Assembly (NCBI GenBank): GCA_951406725.2
Contig: OX597816.1
Coordinates: 52,266,001-52,330,000, forward strand
Source of the DNA: Octopus vulgaris
Lineage: Eukaryota
Direction: 5' to 3'
Length of the DNA stretch: 64,000 bases
This document shows, piece after piece, positions 37,991 through 51,295 of the stretch. How positions within the stretch are numbered: the stretch's first letter is position 1; each line of letters opens with the position of its first letter. The notes beneath the pieces were generated by a model. It was not told the DNA's origin. It made no database searches and worked only from the letters and a program-made list of their open reading frames with translations. Made by a program: the position numbers and the translations under genes.

Positions 37991-39872
37991 GGTTACTTTG
38001 TATTCAGCATATTACGCTATGTCATGCTCGTTTGTTCTTGAGTAGTAAGTGTTACTTGCTTATTACTTGTGTTAGCCAGGCTTGTGGGCTGGTTAATGAT
38101 ATTTTAAAATTTACCTATCTCTTACAGAATTCGTACATTTTCATTTACATAAAATCAAAAGAAGCAAAGTATTGACCAAATTTAATATGCATTCATATAT
38201 ATGTTACAGAAAATTGTGTGCACAGTTTTACAGGGAGTTGATTTCTTACTAGATTTATGATTGGGTTGTAAATCACTTTCACGTATCAGCTCCAAAATAC
38301 AGTGTCCCAACACATTTTCGCTATGTGCTCCTTGACAGTGGCGTTCAAAATACAATATATCCAAAATGGATGCTTATACCTTCTTTTTGTAAGTACGCCT
38401 CCGTGGCTTTCTTGAATTTATCCCGAGGAGCGTCTGGAATATGGACTTTCAGTGACATCTTGTATCCAATTTACTACAGTTCTTCACCACAGCTTCAACC
38501 AGCTTCACCTAGGGAATTCTGAATTACTACAACAAAGACAATTAGAGATGCTTTCTCCTTCGCACCAATCAACCGTGTTCTTCACGAGGTGGTGTGACAA
38601 AAATCGCCTACTTTTACAATTTATGAGAGAAATCTTGAAGATACTCAAAGGCTGTATATTCCTTGTAAAGAGCTATAGCAAATGGTTTTATATGAACCAA
38701 TTTTATGTGTAGTGATGAGAACAACACTGTCCAGAGGAAAGGAATCAACCAATACTTCACAGATGGTGTTGTTCAGCTCTGCAGAAAATTCGGTTTGTTG
38801 CCTCTAGTACCGTCTGCGATAGTGCACGGCGGTATCCCTACTGATCGAAAGGCAAAGATGTCGGAACCACTTTAGAGGGCTATCGGAAATGCCTCCATTT
38901 TCTTCCAATAATCTCCCAGCCTTATGCCATGCTGCAAGGATTCTTTCAAAGTCTTGTTGTTACCTTTCTAAATGAACCAAGGAAAAAGATAGATACTATT
39001 TTCCCTTAAATGAGTAGCACGATTTGGAAATTTGCGGTGAACTGTCAACAAAGAGACGCAACACGTTTGGATTACAGGCGATTCCAATTGCCTTGAGTGC
39101 GCTGGTCACATTTTGGCAGATGCCGATCCTGTCAAGATGGATGAAGAACTTTGAGCAACTCTTTCCAACTAACAATTTTTATGCCAGGTGTTTTGACGCC
39201 TAAAGCGAGGAATTGTCTTCTGTGGATTTCAGCTACTTGATCGCTGATCTAGTAGTTGAGATCCTTTTGTTCGGGCTATTATGGTTTTCACTCTTTAGCT
39301 GCGCTTAAGAAATTGCTTGCAATCAAACTACATTTTCCTCTTGTTCTTCGGTTTCTCTGTTTTCTCCAGCAGGGTAGGTACGGTGAGTTTAGAGCAGTGT
39401 GGCACCAGAGTGATGGATGATGATAATTCCGGATACATCTTTTAGGGGATAACAAACTTCATGGTTCTCTTTTCCCCACTCTCTGTACCAAACTACAAAA
39501 TAACAATTAGTTAAAACAAATTTATTTTATACATGTTTTATGTGTAAGAGCTTTTCACTACATGTTTCATATCTAATTCATTTTCCTATAACATGAGAAA
39601 TTTGAAAATTTTAAACATTTTAAATTCTAAAAAAGAATTAATGAAGAATTCCACTTTTCATGCAAAGAATATTATACATCATACTCCCTGAAATATATTT
39701 TCTCAATGCTTGTAACTGAAGTGAGGCACCCAAAGTTTGCCGAACCCTTCCAAGTTTATAATTTCTTTTTATTTCTGTTTTGATGCAAGAATATATGTAT
39801 GTGTGTGCATACATACATATATATCACGTATATATGTGTGTGCGTGTATGTATGTGTATATATATATGTGTC

Positions 39873-39899
<27 letters not shown>

Positions 39900-39913
<14 letters not shown>

Positions 39914-40200
39914 AAATCGTTCTGTCTGTCTGTGTGTTTCCTAAGATCTCGGGCATCCTCCATCGATTGCGCTCAAATTTGATATGTAGATACCGACGGT
40001 ATCAGGGCATGTATAAGTCTTGAAAAAAATTACAAAAATCGATTCCAGGTGAGAATGCGATCGATAAAGCCGTGGGAACGTGCATTTGTACGCCAAAGTA
40101 CATCAGCTGTAACGATCGATACTATGCGTACGCGAGGAAAATGCACGTGCAGTTTGCGCAAAAAACCCGGCTGGCTTGAAATAATGCCACAAAATGCAGA
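39900..40200 (+). mobile_element. Helitron-like 5' fragment
   Basis: TATATAAAATC..TCTGTCTGTCTGTGTG..CGATTGCGCTCAAATTTG start typical of non-autonomous Helitrons; 3' end not found. Confidence 0.5.
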
Positions 40201-40900
40201 ATATTTAAGAGACCCAAAAAGTCAGATGCAAAAGAGATATTTTCTTGAAACTTGGCATGAAGGAAGGAAAGACTATTTTGTTTCTCAAGATTTTCTTTTT
40301 GCCTTCGTTTAACAAAACCAAAACTTTTTATTGAAATAAAGGCATGCTTAATTATTTTTTAATGAAAAGAAAACAGTGATTGCTTTTTATTCAGCTGATA
40401 GGATTCAGCACCGTCCAATGGACGAGAGGGGAGTTTTGCTCAAATATATATATATATATATGCATAATGTTGCATTATTGTTTTAAGTATTTCGATTATA
40501 TCTTTAATGTTCCGTAGTTAAGTTTGCTAAAGCATATCTCTCGAACTTTTGTTGTAAGCAGCAGAATATCAATGGCAGCCACTACCGCTGTGATTATTGC
40601 TATTTCCTTATGCAGTCGACTATTTACAAATCAACAGCTCTCCAGCTATGACCATCCTAATTTTTCAGACAGTAAATCTGAGACTATCTTATCCTCTGTA
40701 TCTTTCTGTTCTTTGTGTGTTTCTTTTAAAATGTCACATTATAAAATGTCATGATACAATTTGAGAGAGATTTGGTTGTTAGTTCTTGTATGTCAAGTTA
40801 CCACTTAGAGGCTTCCCCTTTGGGCCTTTGAATGTGATTCGTGAATGTCAACACTGTGTAGTAGGTCCAAAACTCATTAAGTAAACGAAACAACATAAAT

Positions 40901-40965
40901 GGCGGTGCCCCAGCATGGCCACAGCTTGTGAGCTGAAACTAAATAAAATAAAAAAATAAAAAATA
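40901..40965 (+). mobile_element. Isolated retroposon 3' tail (SINE A / LINE type)
   Basis: GGCGGTGCCCCAGCATGGCCACAGCT-TGTG-AGCTGAAAC followed by an A-rich tail. Confidence 0.75.
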
Positions 40966-42407
40966 AACAAAACAGATTCTGTTCTTGCTTAAACCCAATT
41001 TACATACATCGCTGTTTTTCTCTTAAAAGCCAGAACATCACACAGTCTCAACGCAGTGTTCCTCTTTCATAAATCCTTTTGAGTTCATAAAAGCCTTTGA
41101 GTTCATAGACGACCTTGTCATAAAATAAATTGATGTCTTACTTTAACCCGTGCTGAAGCAAGAAACCAATGAAAACAAGGTTGTTTAGAGTTTCAAGATC
41201 GATCGAAGTTATCTAAAAAGAACCCGAGAAATGAAGTTTCTTTTTTTTTCTTGCATTTTTAAACTTTTTGTTGTTTTTATTTCATTTTTCAGGCAATTAT
41301 ATATAAAGCTCTAAATAGTTCAAGAACCTAAACAGTCATTTGTTTCATTTTAAAATTTGGCCTGGTACTTCTTAATAATTCAATTATAATATTCTGGACA
41401 TAATTTTTTTTTTTTTTTGCCTAATATTATTGACTGTTCAGAAATTTGATAAAGGTCAATTTACATTTTGTAGCATTCCTTGGTCATTTATTTATAAACA
41501 AGGCTAGTTATAAATCAAATGTTCTACCAAAATAGAAACAAGAAGCAAGAGCACGAGAGAAATATCAAGAATGAAAAAATTACAGAATTAAAGTAAAATA
41601 AAAGTAATATTGAACATTAGTATGAAATTAATATGTTGTAATGAGATAAAGGAAGCGTCGGATTTTGATTCGTTCTTCACTAATTTTACTAGAAACGGAT
41701 ATTGTTTCTAAGATAAGCACAAGCCATGAGATTTGCAGGGATGGATTTAATTGATTAAATCAACCACAGCAGATGACTGGTATTTTTTTTATCGATCCCA
41801 GAGAGATGTAAGACAGATTGATCTCGGTAGGATTTAAATTCTGAAAGTAAAATGCCAGACGAAATATTAAGGCATTTTTCCCCGATTCTCTTACGACTCT
41901 GCCTTGAGGAACAACACGTTGGTTTCACCGGTATCCGTCGGCCTACGAAGACCCTGGATACGCTCTCCAGTCCAAAGCAATAAAATGATAGGCGTGTGGT
42001 TGTTTCTTGTTCTTAAATCAGGGCATACAGTTTAAAAATCTAACTTATGAAGTAGGGTACATATAGTATGTTTATGCCCTTTTCATGCATTCTTTCTTTT
42101 AAAAAAATGAAAGATTTGACTCCTCCGTGGTTGATAAAATAAGATACAAGCTAAGTACGGGAGTCGATTGTTTCGGCTTAACTCATTTCATTGAAATAAC
42201 TGACCTTGTTCCTGAATGAGAAAATATGTCACAACGGTCTACCGCGCTCAATTGTCGCGTTTAATTTTTACTTTTGTTGATAACGTATTTTATTCCATGA
42301 CTTTCGGTTCGCCATTGCAACATGTTACACTTCTGAACAAATTTTTTGCCCATCTGTTTCCCCTTTCTATTCTCTCTTTGATTTGATGAACAAACGCAGT
42401 ATCATAT

Positions 42408-42451
<44 letters not shown>

Positions 42452-42453
<2 letters not shown>

Positions 42454-43175
42454 CTTTTTATCTTTTACTGGTTCCAGCCCAGGGCTGAGGTCATGCTGGT
42501 GCACCACCTGTAGTTACTCGGTGTTGTTTCCGATATTATTTTTGGTGAAGTAGCGAGTTGGACAGAGTTGCTTTTCTTTGCGTCTCCTGCTGCGATGTGG
42601 GTTCAGCTGGTATCTCAAATAGAGACCTGTCCAGGCGTTTCTTGAAAACTTCCACATCAACACGATTTAGATCTCTAAGGTTGTTTGGAAGGATGTTTAA
42701 CAATTGCGGGCCATTGAAACCCAGACTATTGCAGTACTGTGTCCTTATTTTAGATGGGGGAAGACGGGATCTTTGGTATGATGCAGTGCCGTCTAGTTCG
42801 AGGGTTGGTATAGCTGTCAATTCCAAAATTGGAAGCTAAACCCTCCAAGATCTTGCAAATGTATATCACTGCATATCTTACTCGTATTCTCTCCAGGGAA
42901 TAGAAACATAGCTCCGTTAGCCTCACCCAGTTGCCCATCTTTTGAATCGAAGCAATCTTCTTTGTGTACTGGCGCTGGATAGCTTCGAGTTACACAGTTC
43001 GTTTCACACTCTCTGGGGACCATAGTTGATCCGACTGAGAACGAAAGTCTTCCATAGGCGGGTGGCAAGGCCTCTCTTTTCCTGGTTCTGAATGTCTTCA
43101 GAATCCAGCCAGCCACTCGCCTGTACAGTGTTACCATCTTCGTAGTATGCACATGGAATGTTGCATCATTGCTCA
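42452..43175 (-). mobile_element. CR1-group LINE 3' fragment
   Basis: GWILKTFRTR, YSLERIRVRYAVIYICKILEGL, NSLGFNGPQLLNILP..LR, FKKRLD; frameshifted; tail shared with SINE A. Confidence 0.9.
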
Positions 43176-43179
43176 AGTA

Positions 43180-43325
43180 TAGATATATGTAGGTAGATAG
43201 ATAGATATCTAGATATAGATAGATAGATTGATAGATCTAGATAGATATAGATCTAGATAGATAGATATAGATATAGATAGATATAGATAGATAGACAGAT
43301 AGATATAGATATATTTAGATATATA
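43180..43325. repeat. (GATA/TA)n microsatellite
   Basis: Directly visible. Confidence 0.95.
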
Positions 43326-44585
43326 TCAGGTCATCCCATATGTTTTGTCCGTATTTTGAATAAAGCAAACAAATGATCAAATGTTATATTTAATTCAAAT
43401 TTAATCATCAATGTACTTTCCTTGATTATCTATGACTTACTTCCATCTATTTACAAGCATTTTAATCCTATCAATGTAAAACTATTTTGGTTTCAAAGCG
43501 AAGAACTCAGAAATGTCAGTTTCGACCTTCTCCTGGCTTGCGAAAGTTATGTCCTCCAAATGATTCTGTAAACTACGAATCAAATGGTAGTCTGAAGGAG
43601 TAAGGTCGGAATAATAAGGTGGATGAGGAATTTTTTCCCAACCAAGCTCTTCCATCTGCTGTGATGCGGTCTTTGCAGTGTGTAGTCGCGCATTGTCCTG
43701 ATAAAACATCGCTCCTTTTCGATTCACTAAAGCGGGTCTTTTCTTCTTCAAAGCTTGGTTCAAACACTCTAATTGCTGACAATAGACTTGAGCATTGATT
43801 GTTGCATTAGATGGTAACAACTTAAAGTGAATTACTCATTTGCAATCCCAACAGATTGAGAGAAGAAGCTTTTTCCTATGAAGTTCCCTTCTCGGTTGTG
43901 GTTGAGCTTTTCCTCTTTTACCAAGCCACTGTTTACGACTTTTAACATTTCGATAGAAGATCCATTTTTCGTCACCAGTCACAAGTATGTCCAAAAAGGG
44001 TGAAATGAGTTTGTGAGAATGGAGAGAAGAGCAGATGTCAATTCGGGATTTGCGGTTGCCTTCAGACAATTCATGAGGCAAACATTTTCCAAATTTAGGA
44101 ACCTTTCCAAGTTGTTGAAGATGACGATGAGCAGTTATATGGTTTGAACTAAGCTTTATTGCCAGTTCTTCAACTGATAATACAGGATTTTCTTCAAGTA
44201 ATGCATCAAGGAACTTATCATCAAACTCAACTGGACGTCCTGTTCGATCTTCAAGGCTGAAATCTCCACTTCTGAATTTTGCAAACCATCTTCTGCAAGT
44301 TCTTTCATTCAAGCATTCTGTCCCATAAACTGAGTGCATGTTTCGAGTCGCTTCGGCTGCAGAGTTTCCTTTTTTTGTACTCATAAAGCCTTATGTGCCT
44401 CAAGTGCTCTTTGGATACTTCCATGTTAGAAAGAATTTCAAAGAAATATCAAAGAAATTTAAATTCTATTATTCTGTAAAATAATATTTAATTAGTTTAA
44501 AAGTACACAAATGCATAAAGATAATTTTTAATTCCATTCAGTTTTAAAAAAAGTAAAATCGGATAGAACTTATGGGATGACCTTT
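43326..44585 (-). mobile_element. Full-length mariner transposon (about 1.26 kb)
   Basis: TIRs AGGTCATCCCATA.GTT.T.TCCG at both ends, flanked by TA. Confidence 0.95.
43401..44424 (-). pseudogene. Mariner DD34D transposase pseudogene
   Basis: MEVSKEHLRH start, LPHEL, TGDEKW, QDNAR.H and HPPY.SDL.PSDYHL motifs; stop codons and a frameshift. Confidence 0.95.
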
Positions 44586-44694
44586 TATGTATATAGTTAT
44601 AGATATATCTTGTATGTATGTATATAAAGTTATATTAGGTATATATGTATATATAAAGTTTGTGTATCTGTATGTGTGGATATTATATATATAT

Positions 44695-44890
44695 ACCGCG
44701 TGTGTACCGTTGGCGATTTTTTCCCTCCGTCTTCCCTTCTCTGGATCTTTCCTTTTCCTATGTTTCTGACGAAGAGCTCCGCTCGAAACGTAAAGCCCTC
44801 CTTCTTCCCTTCCTTCCTGAGCGTCCAATAATACTATATTTGTTCTACGTCCTCGTGTTTTCTCTTTGTGTTTTCATGTTTGGATTAACT
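44695..44890 (+). mobile_element. Short PLE-related insert in (TA)n
   Basis: Contains a hammerhead; end TGTTTGGATTAACT-(TA)n also seen at about 30165-30180. Confidence 0.7.
44762..44796 (+). ncRNA. Minimal hammerhead ribozyme motif
   Basis: GTTT-CTGACGA-A-GAGC-TCC-GCTC-GAAAC-GTA-AAGC; intact core, GUA triplet. Confidence 0.8.
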
Positions 44891-45974
44891 ATATATATAG
44901 ACACACAGATACGTAGAATTTACCAAGTTGACGTACTCGTATTATTTTTATTTTTTTTATTTTTCGAGTCCTTGCGAAATTCGTTTTGCGGACGGACAAC
45001 TAGTACATCCAGGACACATCTAGCGCCAGAATAACAATACCTACTTAAGTGTTATTGCTACACGAGGCTATATGATGTAACCATTGTAATTTTACATTAC
45101 TTGATGAAACTATAGAAGTCGAAACGATACGTTTTTAAGTCAAACTGATTTCGTTAATGAGGTATTTATTTAATAACTAGATTTCATAATTTCATCACCT
45201 CAACTATTACATCTAGTAACAAAAGAAAAGAACTGTATGTTTATACACACGCGCACAATGCATATGCATATTTAATTACAGACACATATATGTGGATGTG
45301 TATCAATGCAAATACATACATACAAATAATGCAAAATACATACACATATTATACAAACATATATATATATATAATTTTTCCATCGCCTTGACTTAACAGC
45401 CCTTATCGTTTGTTTTTACTGTTTTATTCTCATTGTTCTGTCTTATACTGTTTTTACTTTTTTATTAACGTAAAGTGTACTAGCCATCTGAATGTGGCTA
45501 GCCACTGGGGGTGGGGTATTACTGACGCTTTTAGCCCCAGGAGATCAACGTCACCAGCTGACCTTAGACACAATCTCAGTGCCCTTGTGTTATTTGCAAA
45601 GGGAGGTCATCCTCCCTCAGAGATTTATTAATACATTTTTATTGTTTTTACTGTTTTGTTCTCACCGTCCTGTTCTTGTTACCACTTTCACCTTCCGCAA
45701 AAAATCCCAAATTTTATTTAATTTCTGTTTCAACGAAGTCGCGTCTTCTCCTTGCCTTCGAAACGTGGAATAATTGAAACATGGACAACTGAAGAAGGTA
45801 AATATATTTTATGTCGATTGTCTCGTTTCTCTGTTTGTTTGGGTTTTTTTCGTTGTCCGGTAAAAAGTTCGCTTCTATGTTTTTATGTTTTCGTTTCTCA
45901 TTGTATTCCAGGCTTTTTAATGTCCTGTACCCATATACGCATGTATATATACATATATATATAGGTATGTGCAT

Positions 45975-46006
45975 ATATATATATACATATTTTTATATAT
46001 TACATA

Positions 46007-46042
<36 letters not shown>

Positions 46043-46335
46043 CATACATATTTTTATATATTACATATACATACATATATATATACATATTTTTATATAT
46101 TACATATACATACATATATATATATATACATATTTTTATATATTACATATACATACATATATATATATATATATACATATTTTTATATATTACATATACA
46201 TACATATATATATATATACATATTTTTATATATTACATATACATACATATATATATATATATACATATTTTTATATATTACATATACATACATACATATA
46301 TATATATATATACATATATTTATATATTATATATA
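45975..46335. repeat. AT-rich minisatellite (unit about 36-46 bp)
   Basis: TACATATTTTTATATATTACATATACATACATA(TA)n repeated about 8 times. Confidence 0.93.
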
Positions 46336-46457
46336 CATACATACATATATATATACATACCTATATACATACATATATATGCATATCTATAAATATATAC
46401 ATTATATACACATATATATGCACATACATATATACAGATATAAACACACACACACAC

Positions 46458-46512
<55 letters not shown>

Positions 46513-46769
46513 TGCATGTATGCACTTATGTGCCTAGTTATGTATGCATAAGTTCAGTGAACTAATTCAATTTATGTGTAACAGATAAGGGTTTCAACAA
46601 ACGGAAATATAAAATTACGGTAAAAAAAAGGAAACAGAGTGGATAACAGAATACAAAAAAAAACTAGAAAAACAAAAATAAAAACCTTACATATATTTCT
46701 TCAATCACTAAACAACTTAAGATATCAAACCAGAACACAAGCTACGTAATTCGTCATTCCAACCCAACC

Positions 46770-46945
46770 ATATTATTATTATTAATATTATTATTTTATT
46801 ATTTTATTATTATTAATATTTTATTATTATTATTATTTTATTATTATTATCATTACTATTATTATTATTATTATTCTATTATTATTATCATTATTATTAT
46901 TATTGTTATTATTATCATTATTATTATTATTGTCATTATTATCAT
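46770..46945. repeat. (ATT)n microsatellite
   Basis: Directly visible. Confidence 0.95.
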
Positions 46946-47659
46946 AAAATTTTAATTTCTGTTCTTATTTTACCGTATTGTATCTTTTCCTAACTATTAT
47001 CTTGGAAAATGAAAGAACGAAGGAAATAAATGAATAAATAAATAAATGGCAGAAAGTATACAGAATAGCAAAATAAAATTCAAAATATAATTCGTCCATA
47101 ACAATACAATCTATTGATGTATTTATCAATATTTAAAAAGGGTTAAATTGAGTTGTGAGAAAAGGTTTTTGTTGGGGAGAGTAAAAATGAGCTGCAGTAG
47201 ATTATAGAACTTATCTCTTGCTGGCAGAAGAATCGAGTTTCGTAGGTAATTTGGTTTTTTCCCTTCGCTTTCTTTTTCCTTCTTTTTTTTTTTTTTTGGT
47301 TTTCTTGATTTTTCTTTTCTTGCTTAGATTTTGTCGTGTTACTCTTTTACTTCTTGTCATTCGTTATCTTTTTCTTCTCGATTTTCTTCCTTTTTTTTTG
47401 TTTTTTAGTTTTCTTCAATTTTCTTTTTAGTTTTCGTCGTCTCCATTGTTTTCTCCTGTTATTTCGTTTTCTTCGATGTTAAAAACAATTTTTTTTGTAA
47501 ATAGTTTTACACACGACATGAAATCCACGCTAGCTCCTCACTGATGAAGTATTTTAACAATGTTTACTTTGATCACTTTGACTGTTCAAACTATTATCTT
47601 CCAGAGACTGCCAGTTGGCTGTGGAAGAAATCCTCCTTTTCTATTGTATATTGCTCAAA

Positions 47660-48078
47660 ATCAAAATCGATCAACATCAATGGAAATTGTAGCTGTGATA
47701 CCAGTGCCTGTGGCACATAAGAGAACCATCCGAACGTGGTCGTTCCCAGCGCCGCCCCGACTGGCCTCCGTGCTGGTGGCACGTAAAAAGCACCATCCAA
47801 TCGTGGCCGTTGCCAGCACCGCCTGGCCTCTGTGCCGGTGGCATGTAAAAAGCACCATCCGATCGTGGCCGTTTGCCAGCCTCGCCTGGCACCTGTGCCG
47901 GTGGAACGTAAAAAGCACCCACTACACTCATGGAGTGGTTGGCATTAGGAAGGGCATCCAGCCGTAGAAACATTGCCAGATCAGACTGGGCCTGGTGCAG
48001 CCTTCTGGCTTCCCGGACCCCAGTTGAACCGTCCAACCCATGCCAGCATGGAAAGCGGACGCTAAACGATGATGATGA
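47660..48078 (+). mobile_element. Retroposon family E with internal repeats of about 60 bp and a (GAT)n tail
   Basis: GTGGCACGTAAAAAGCACC-like unit four times; tail CCATGCCAGCATGGAAAGCGGAC..(GAT)n; copies at 60470 and 62890. Confidence 0.88.
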
Positions 48079-48757
48079 TAATATGCATTTTGTTAAATAA
48101 TCTTTTGAAACGATTTTCAAAATGGCCAGCGTTGACTAGAAGAAAAGAACAGCTGGTATTGAAGATATGTTTGCCAGATCTTTTATACCGTTTATTAACA
48201 ACCGCAGATGGATTCTAAAGGACTCAGCTGCCCAACTCATTCTAAAGAAGAAATTATCGGCGCTGTTGCCTCATTCACTAACAGCGGTAGCTCAACCGCC
48301 TCTTATCATAAACAGTATTAGAGTAGAGTTGCGAACGCCAATCTCACTAAGTCCCACCAAGGTGGCTAAGAAAACAATACCGCATAGAATAACAGCAACT
48401 ACAACGAAAGCATTATGGTAAAAACACTAAGTAATGGCGAACAATTTTTGTTATTCATTAACAACAGCAAACCCGTGAACCCACCATTAGTTTTAACGCA
48501 AAAATGAAATTATAGAAATGTTACATCCGACCTAGTGTCGCTGAAAATAGTTAAGGACACTATCAAAAGAATAGCCATATACAAATGCATAAACAGAAAA
48601 TGTAGAAAACTGGAAAAACTACGGCTGTCTAAACTGAGAAATTTCTGACATATAATGCGTGATAAAGAAGACATAGGATTGTGGTAGTAATTTGCTGTAG
48701 TGAAAAAGAGATTGGTAGTCTTCTCTAGAATTTGCACTTCTCAAGAATTTGTAATAT

Positions 48758-48963
48758 TAGTTTCAAATGTTGGCACAAGGCCAGCATGTTCAGGGGAGTG
48801 AGTAAGTCGATTACATCGACCTCAGTGCTCAACGAGTATTTTATCGACCTCGAAAGGATGAAAGGCAAAGTCGAATTCAGCGAAATTTGAATCCAGAACC
48901 TAAACACAAACGAAATGCCACTATACATTTTATTCAGTGTGATAACGATTCTGCCAGCTTGCC
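48758..48963 (-). mobile_element. SINE family B-related copy
   Basis: CGAAAGGATGAAAGGCAAAGTCGA core. Confidence 0.85.
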
Positions 48964-50129
48964 ACATTAAGTATTCTCAATATTACCACGGTTCTTGGGG
49001 CTATGTTTTACAGAATGATGGCAATGGTCGAAGAATTTCGAGATGTCAGAAGAATAAGGGAACAACAGTAGCAACAAACTTAGTGAAATTTGGCTGAGAC
49101 TGGTTAAATTTGGATAGATTAAAGATTACGGGAAATGAAGAGAAATAGAGCTGTCATTTAAGGAACACGCTGTGCGACCAGCAAAATTGTGAACGGGAGA
49201 GTTCGACGTGGCCTCACGAAGGAAGATCTCTATAAGATCTGTTTCGATGTGTTGCAAGAGATCTGCTACGGGAGAGGGAAATAGAGATATGTGAAGGTAA
49301 ACTTCGTACTGAAAGCAGAATAAGAACCAATGAAACGGTCAATGGTATTGAGATACAACTTTGAATCGTAATTTAGCGTATCACTGTAGAGAGCTTATGA
49401 AATGTACGAGTCAGGGTGACGCAAAGCTGATCGTGACGATTCCAAACTAATGTGTCACAACAGGATTTTGCCGAACTGCACGAGAAGGACGATGAAACGA
49501 AAACAGCGAGCTTCAGTAGTTACTTTGAATTTGTTGTATCAGCAGTGATGGATCTACGACTGCTTACACACCTGCCAACGCCATGCCACTTTGATTGATT
49601 GATTGATAGAGAAAGAGGGGGGAGAGATAGAGGGGGAGAGAAAGATCACGACTTCTCAAATTTTTATGTTTTATAATACTTCTCACAAGAAAACATTCGC
49701 CCCCAAACAAATTAAATATCAAATTTGCATAACATTTGAAAATATGGCTATATGCATCGTAAATGACACCAAAAATCCGGATCTTTTCGATCAAGGCAAG
49801 ATCATTCTTCATTTAAGTAACAACACCTTTTGAAAGAATCGTGCATGAACGACACATTATTGTGACCATCATATGCAATCATGCATTCTGCTAAATGTAC
49901 AATAGCTAACAACACGTGTACATGGTTACGAATACAAGCATGTAATTTCACTCTCTATGGATTACTAAACTTTTATTCGCCCCTTCCAGAATATTATCTA
50001 CTACCAGGGACCTACATTACCCACTTTTAGAAGCCTTTAGACAGACAGACAGATAGATAGGCAGACAGGTATATATAAAAATGAAATAAAAGAATAATAA
50101 AAATGTCACAAACATATTTAGAGGAATGC

Positions 50130-50560
50130 TTACTGATGCTTTTAAGTGTTGATAACCATAAAAGTGGTCAAAATCTAATCACTTAATATCCTCATGAAGA
50201 CAAATACTTTTGTCATTTTTGACTAAGTTTTGGCTAATATTTGATGAAATATCTCTTCAGATTATGTAACGCAATTGGACGTGGGAGTGCATTGAAGATT
50301 TTACTTTTCTTCTTATTTCATTGCTGCTTATTTTATCCGTTTGCTTCACTTAGATAATTGCCGTCAAACGGACAAGATTTAGTTTTGCTACAATTACATC
50401 CGTATTGATTATTTGAAAACATTTGTTTTCCCGAAGATGACAATTTACTTATGTTACGTATGTTAATCCGGCAGCTATGAGTAACATTTATTGTACTTTT
50501 ATTGATTAACTTGTGACTGGCATAGGAAAGCACTCTTAGTTAATATACGAAATTTTTCTA
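50130..50560 (-). mobile_element. Decayed Penelope-like ORF fragment
   Basis: HKLINKSTINVTHSC..NIRNI and CNCSKTKSCPFDGNYL linker, then an ICLHE-like motif, as in the PLE RT-EN linker and GIY-YIG region. Confidence 0.7.
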
Positions 50561-50942
50561 TTTGTTTCGAAGGTTTTACAGTTCGGTTTGTTTAATACAG
50601 TGACATCACTTTCATTCAGACAATCCTTTTTTGCTGGTGCTGCTGTTTATCCTTGTTGCTTAGCTCCGGGATGATTTTGCTTGACCAAGCATATGGAATG
50701 TTGGTTGAAATAATTAGATGTGCTCTTGAGACCAGTTGTTCCAGATGTGCAATGATTTGCTCAAGTGGGGAACCACACTGTGCACTCAAAAGTGTCGAAA
50801 ATGCCATGTGGTTGAACTGGAATAGACAAGAAGATGACACACCAAGGCGATTAAGTGGTCACTCGATTCTTAAGTAGTATCACACAGATTTACATTAAAG
50901 CCATAAGATGTTTTAATGTCTTTAGCTTAAATTAAATGTAAT

Positions 50943-51137
50943 ATTGGTTTCAAATTTTAGCACTAGGCTAGCAATTTCGGAAGTAGGAGTCAGTTGATTG
51001 CATCGACTCCAGTGCTCAGCTAGTACTTATTTTATCTATCCTGAAAGAATAAAAGGCAAAGTGAACCTCGGAGGAATTCGAACTCAGAACACCCAGACGG
51101 ACGAAATGCCGCTAAGCATTTTGTCTGGCGGCTCGCT
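50943..51137 (-). mobile_element. SINE family B-related copy
   Basis: GAATTCGAACTCAGAAC..GAAATGCCGCTAAGCATT. Confidence 0.8.
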
Positions 51138-51295
51138 ACTCTAATATTAGATGTAATATTAAAAACATAATCTCTGCAAAAGAAAGATGATCACACCTGG
51201 AAAGCCTTTGTGCATATATCTACCCAATTAGGTCCGACCTCTTGCGAAACCAGAACAGCAGCGAACAAGCAAGTTGATTAACTTTTTCTTCGTTC

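Noticed and set aside
43401-44424. SETMAR-like domesticated gene
   Set aside because: It has stop codons, a frameshift and both TIRs: an ordinary dead mariner.
47541-47550. CTGATGAAG hammerhead core
   Set aside because: No stem II or downstream GAAA.
47700-47920. CRISPR-like repeat-spacer array
   Set aside because: The 'spacers' are homologous to each other; this is the internal tandem repeat of a retroposon in eukaryotic DNA.
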